NCBI GenBank assembly: GCA_016795325.1
Contig: JAEUHY010000043.1
Location: 30,174 to 94,173, forward strand
Origin: Planctomycetota bacterium
GTDB taxonomy: Bacteria; Planctomycetota; UBA1135; GCA-002686595
Direction of reading: 5' to 3'
DNA: 64,000 nt
Each line of letters opens with the position of its first letter. Position 1 is the stretch's first letter. The position numbers were made by a program, and so were the translations under genes. Positions 62,472-64,000 of the stretch are shown in pieces. The notes below the pieces were generated by a model that was not told the origin of the DNA, made no database searches, and saw nothing but the letters and a program-made list of their open reading frames with translations.

Positions 62472-64000
62472 CTACTTCTCCTTGAGCTCGAGCCCTTCGA
62501 CGAACGCGCGCCACTCGGCCTGCAGCGCATTGAGGTCGATGTCCTTGAACGCCTGGTCGAGCGCGAAACGCCGCGCATCCGCGCCGGCCGCCTCCTTCTG
62601 GTCGGCGCGCTCCGCGAGACCCTGCTTGGCCAGACCCTCGAGGCGCCGGCCGTACTCGGCCTTCAAGGCCTGGAAGTAGTTGTCGACGATCTTCGACCAC
62701 TGCGGGTGCTTGCGCACCACCGGCGAGCTGCGCAGGAAGTACACCATCGACCAAGCCTGTGCGTAGCACTGACCGATGCGCGCGGGGTCGTAGAACTGCT
62801 GGCGCTCGAAACCGATGATGTCCTTCCAGGGGATGATCTGGCCGCGTTCAACCAGGCCCTTGATGTAGCCCGCGCGCCAGGGGTTCACGCCGATCGAGCG
62901 CACCTTGCCGCCCGAGATGTTGGCGCCGGAGAAGTAGTCGCCGTGGCCCTCGTTGAACCAGTAGTGCGGCGGCACGGCGCCCGCCGAGTAGTGGATGTAT
63001 TGGTGCAGCGCCTCGTGGTACAGCACGATGAACGTGTCCGCGTCGCCGCTGGAGCGCTTGCCCTTCTCCTTGACGCGCGCGTCGTAGAACACGAGCTCTT
63101 CGCTCTGCGGATTCCAGTAGCCCGCGCTGCCCGGCGGCCCGCCGTAGGCCATGTACTCGCCGCGGTCCTTGCAGATGCGCACGACGGACACCGCGTCGAT
63201 CGGGCGGTCCGGCGGAAAGAGCTTCAAGTACTCCTTGCGGATGGCCTCGATGTCGGCGCCGATCGCGCGCACGAGCGGCTGGTCGGCGGTGTGGAACACG
63301 AGGATGAAGTTCTCGGTGTCCTCGGCCTTCCAGCCGCGCACGAGCTGCGATCGCGCCTTGATGCGGAAGTCCACGCCGCGCAGGGCTGAGCTGCGGTAGC
63401 GCGCGCCGATCTTCTCGAGGTCCTCGCCGCGCGGCTCGAAGAACTCGGCGTGTTCGGCGATGTGGCGCCAGATCTTCGACTGCTCCTCGAAGTTCGCTTC
63501 GGCGCACTCGCCCACGAACGCGATCGTGCGCTTGCCGGGTTGCTCGAACACGTAGGCCCAGCCAACTCCGACTTGTTCGGCGGCGAGATTGCCGCGCGGC
63601 TCGAGCTTCATCACGCGCCCTGGATAGCCCGAACGTGTCTTGCCCGTCGTGCTGGCCCCCGAAGTCCAGATCGTGCGCCGCGTCAGGAAATCCTGGATGG
63701 TCTTGATCGGCGGAGGCGGCGGCGGAGCATCGCTCCCCATCGGCTTGGCCTTGCTGCGGCCTTCTTCTTCGGGCGGCGGCGGAGCATCGGGCGGCGGCGC
63801 ATCCGCGGGCGGCGGCGGCGGATCCGCCGGCACGTCGATCCACACCACGCTGAGCTCGGAGCGTTTGCCCACGCGCAGCTTGGGATCCTTGGACGCCTTC
63901 TCGACGTAGTACAGGATCACCTGCTCCTCGTCGGGCTGCGTCGGAACTTGTTCGTAGTCGCGCGCCCGCGGCAGTTCGATGCCGAGCTCGGGGTGCTTTT
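62472..64000 (-). CDS. DUF1570-like gluzincin protein with polyproline linker; the 5' end probably lies beyond the window
   Basis: The frame stays open from the GTG at 63920 to the window edge. LYHEALHQYIHY ... WFNEGHGDYF gives HExxH plus a downstream E. Proline runs are PPPPPADAPPPDAPPPP and PPPPPP. Confidence 0.75.
   Translation of the reverse strand, partial: KHPELGIELPRARDYEQVPTQPDEEQVILYYVEKASKDPKLRVGKRSELSVVWIDVPADPPPPPADAPPPDAPPPPEEEGRSKAKPMGSDAPPPPPPIKTIQDFLTRRTIWTSGASTTGKTRSGYPGRVMKLEPRGNLAAEQVGVGWAYVFEQPGKRTIAFVGECAEANFEEQSKIWRHIAEHAEFFEPRGEDLEKIGARYRSSALRGVDFRIKARSQLVRGWKAEDTENFILVFHTADQPLVRAIGADIEAIRKEYLKLFPPDRPIDAVSVVRICKDRGEYMAYGGPPGSAGYWNPQSEELVFYDARVKEKGKRSSGDADTFIVLYHEALHQYIHYSAGAVPPHYWFNEGHGDYFSGANISGGKVRSIGVNPWRAGYIKGLVERGQIIPWKDIIGFERQQFYDPARIGQCYAQAWSMVYFLRSSPVVRKHPQWSKIVDNYFQALKAEYGRRLEGLAKQGLAERADQKEAAGADARRFALDQAFKDIDLNALQAEWRAFVEGLELKEK

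Noticed and set aside
63640-63909. 89-aa Gly-rich plus-strand ORF (…GGGGGGASLP…SSGGGGASGGGASAGGGGGSAG…)
   Set aside because: It is simply the reverse complement of the polyproline-coding linker of the DUF1570-like gene.

Overview
This is a very GC-rich (judged by eye, not computed), gene-dense bacterial chromosomal window. I call about 52 protein-coding genes and one tRNA-Phe. I found no rRNA, CRISPR array, transposase, integrase or phage genes.

The left ~20 kb carries housekeeping genes: rpsT, def, ribF, tRNA-Phe, arfB, an SDR, an RRM RNA-binding protein, and folE/queD. These are mixed with envelope proteins: a GT39-like membrane glycosyltransferase, a porin, a DUF255 thioredoxin-domain protein, and an FG-GAP lipoprotein.

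The remaining ~44 kb is dominated by secreted, envelope and signalling proteins:
- two OmpR-type two-component systems;
- two ECF sigma factors, one fused to a transmembrane helix and a ~900-aa ectodomain, the other paired with a Ser/Thr kinase;
- three paralogous membrane-anchored beta-sandwich-repeat proteins around a fatty-acid desaturase;
- two Ca-binding beta-propeller proteins that share a Cys-containing C-terminal domain;
- a GT2/GT4 pair;
- an LplT-PlsC-Aas triple fusion;
- a giant HEAT-repeat protein;
- a DUF1549/1553-like + DUF1501 + decaheme cytochrome operon.

The family repertoire (DUF1501 with a DUF1549/1553-like partner, DUF1570-like peptidases, ECF sigma + STK, many FG-GAP/EF-hand exoproteins) suggests a Planctomycetota-like or related high-GC lineage. 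That is inference only.

The ORF track renders GTG and TTG starts as M and is full of long Arg/Ala-rich antisense shadow ORFs. I re-derived gene starts from the nucleotide sequence where possible. All functional calls rest on motifs I recognise by eye; no database search was run.

The most notable candidates are:
- the 45.3-51.5 kb operon, ending in a 1301-aa decaheme / LVIVD-propeller / multi-EF-hand fusion;
- the sigma-TM-ectodomain fusion and its paralog-rich locus (27-39 kb);
- the shared C-terminal Cys domain on two exoproteins.
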